From positions 558,001-622,000 of the forward strand of contig AP026139.1 of NCBI GenBank assembly GCA_030295235.1: a stretch of DNA of 64,000 bases, given 5' to 3'. Positions 63,376 to 64,000 of this stretch are shown here, piece after piece. Position numbers and translations under genes: made by a program. Source of the stretch: Fistulifera solaris (Eukaryota). Under the pieces are notes generated by a model, which was given only the letters and a program-made list of their open reading frames with translations, made no database searches and was not told where the DNA came from. Each line of letters opens with the position of its first letter. Positions within the stretch are counted from its first letter, which is position 1.

Positions 63376-64000
63376 TTACAGCGCTAGGCGCTTCAAATCG
63401 GCTGCTAGAGATTCTCCCAGTGCACCACTCGTAGCCTTGATGTCTAGTTTCAGGCTGGACTCTTTTATCTTCACTAGGACTCTTACCCGAGCTCCAGAAC
63501 TAGAGCGACAGGCTAGTGTGCATGTCAAAGGATCATTGCCGTCAACAACAAATGCCCGAAGAGCGTCTACTAACGCCGCTCGTAATAAAGAAGGAGGAAG
63601 AGCGCCTGAATGAGGGATTCTGCACGTGTGTTTTGTCCATCCCGAAGAAGCAAGCTCTGCCGCGACATTTTCAAGAGTAACCCCTGGTTCAGGTCCACAA
63701 TGAAAGAAAGATGGAAGCACAATTTTTACGGAAACGTTTTCATTCTGCGTTTGTAAGTGACCCTTGATTTCCTGGGACTCGTCAAGCGGTGGACCAGGAA
63801 GTGGCCCCATTTTGAATTCGCTATGGCTCCCCGGCACGACATTACCTAACGTTGCAGGTTGTTGACCTTTCATGACCACGACGACGTCACTTAGTGGGGA
63901 CAAGGATTGATTCTCGAGCATCATAATCACCAGTAAACCGTCGGGAGACTGCTCAACCAGATATTTGATTATCACAGCAGACCAGTCAATGCTTGAGCTA
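63376..64000 (-). CDS. 3' end of a gene resembling an adaptin appendage (possibly AP-3 delta)
   Basis: Open frame with beta-rich LENQSLSPLSDV.. segment and terminal VRVLVK..LKLDIKATS..LAADLK pattern; N-terminus lies outside the window. Confidence 0.45.
   Translation of the reverse strand, partial: SSSIDWSAVIIKYLVEQSPDGLLVIMMLENQSLSPLSDVVVVMKGQQPATLGNVVPGSHSEFKMGPLPGPPLDESQEIKGHLQTQNENVSVKIVLPSFFHCGPEPGVTLENVAAELASSGWTKHTCRIPHSGALPPSLLRAALVDALRAFVVDGNDPLTCTLACRSSSGARVRVLVKIKESSLKLDIKATSGALGESLAADLKRLAL

Overview
Gene-dense nuclear DNA from a eukaryote, very probably a diatom. Evidence: short GT-AG introns, signal peptide + 'ASAFAP'-type plastid presequences, a diatom-type cyclin and a CRTISO-like carotenoid enzyme. 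About 33 protein genes can be reconstructed. They include prohibitin, a PhyH-type dioxygenase, DTWD2, a HAD phosphatase, a Chlamydia-like TGT, two inverted vacuolar sorting receptor paralogs, NDUFA9, two tandem DUF1517 paralogs, XRCC2, an NPF/PDZ/PH adaptor, a DEAD-like helicase, MSI1, panB, eIF5A, DPH3, argB, EBP2, ARF1, a mitochondrial PGAM, an ArfGAP-like/DENN fusion, a CRTISO5-like gene and a cyclin. Many genes are split by single-base indels in homopolymers, which looks like unpolished long-read assembly error, not biology. Non-coding features missed by the ORF track: two dispersed 5S rRNA genes (one with loop-E mutations), two copies of an 80-87 bp terminal-inverted-repeat (MITE-like) element bracketing the first 5S gene beside a probable pseudogene, and a palindromic GACT-N7-AGTC motif recurring in intergenic regions. 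All family assignments come from motif recognition without database searches.
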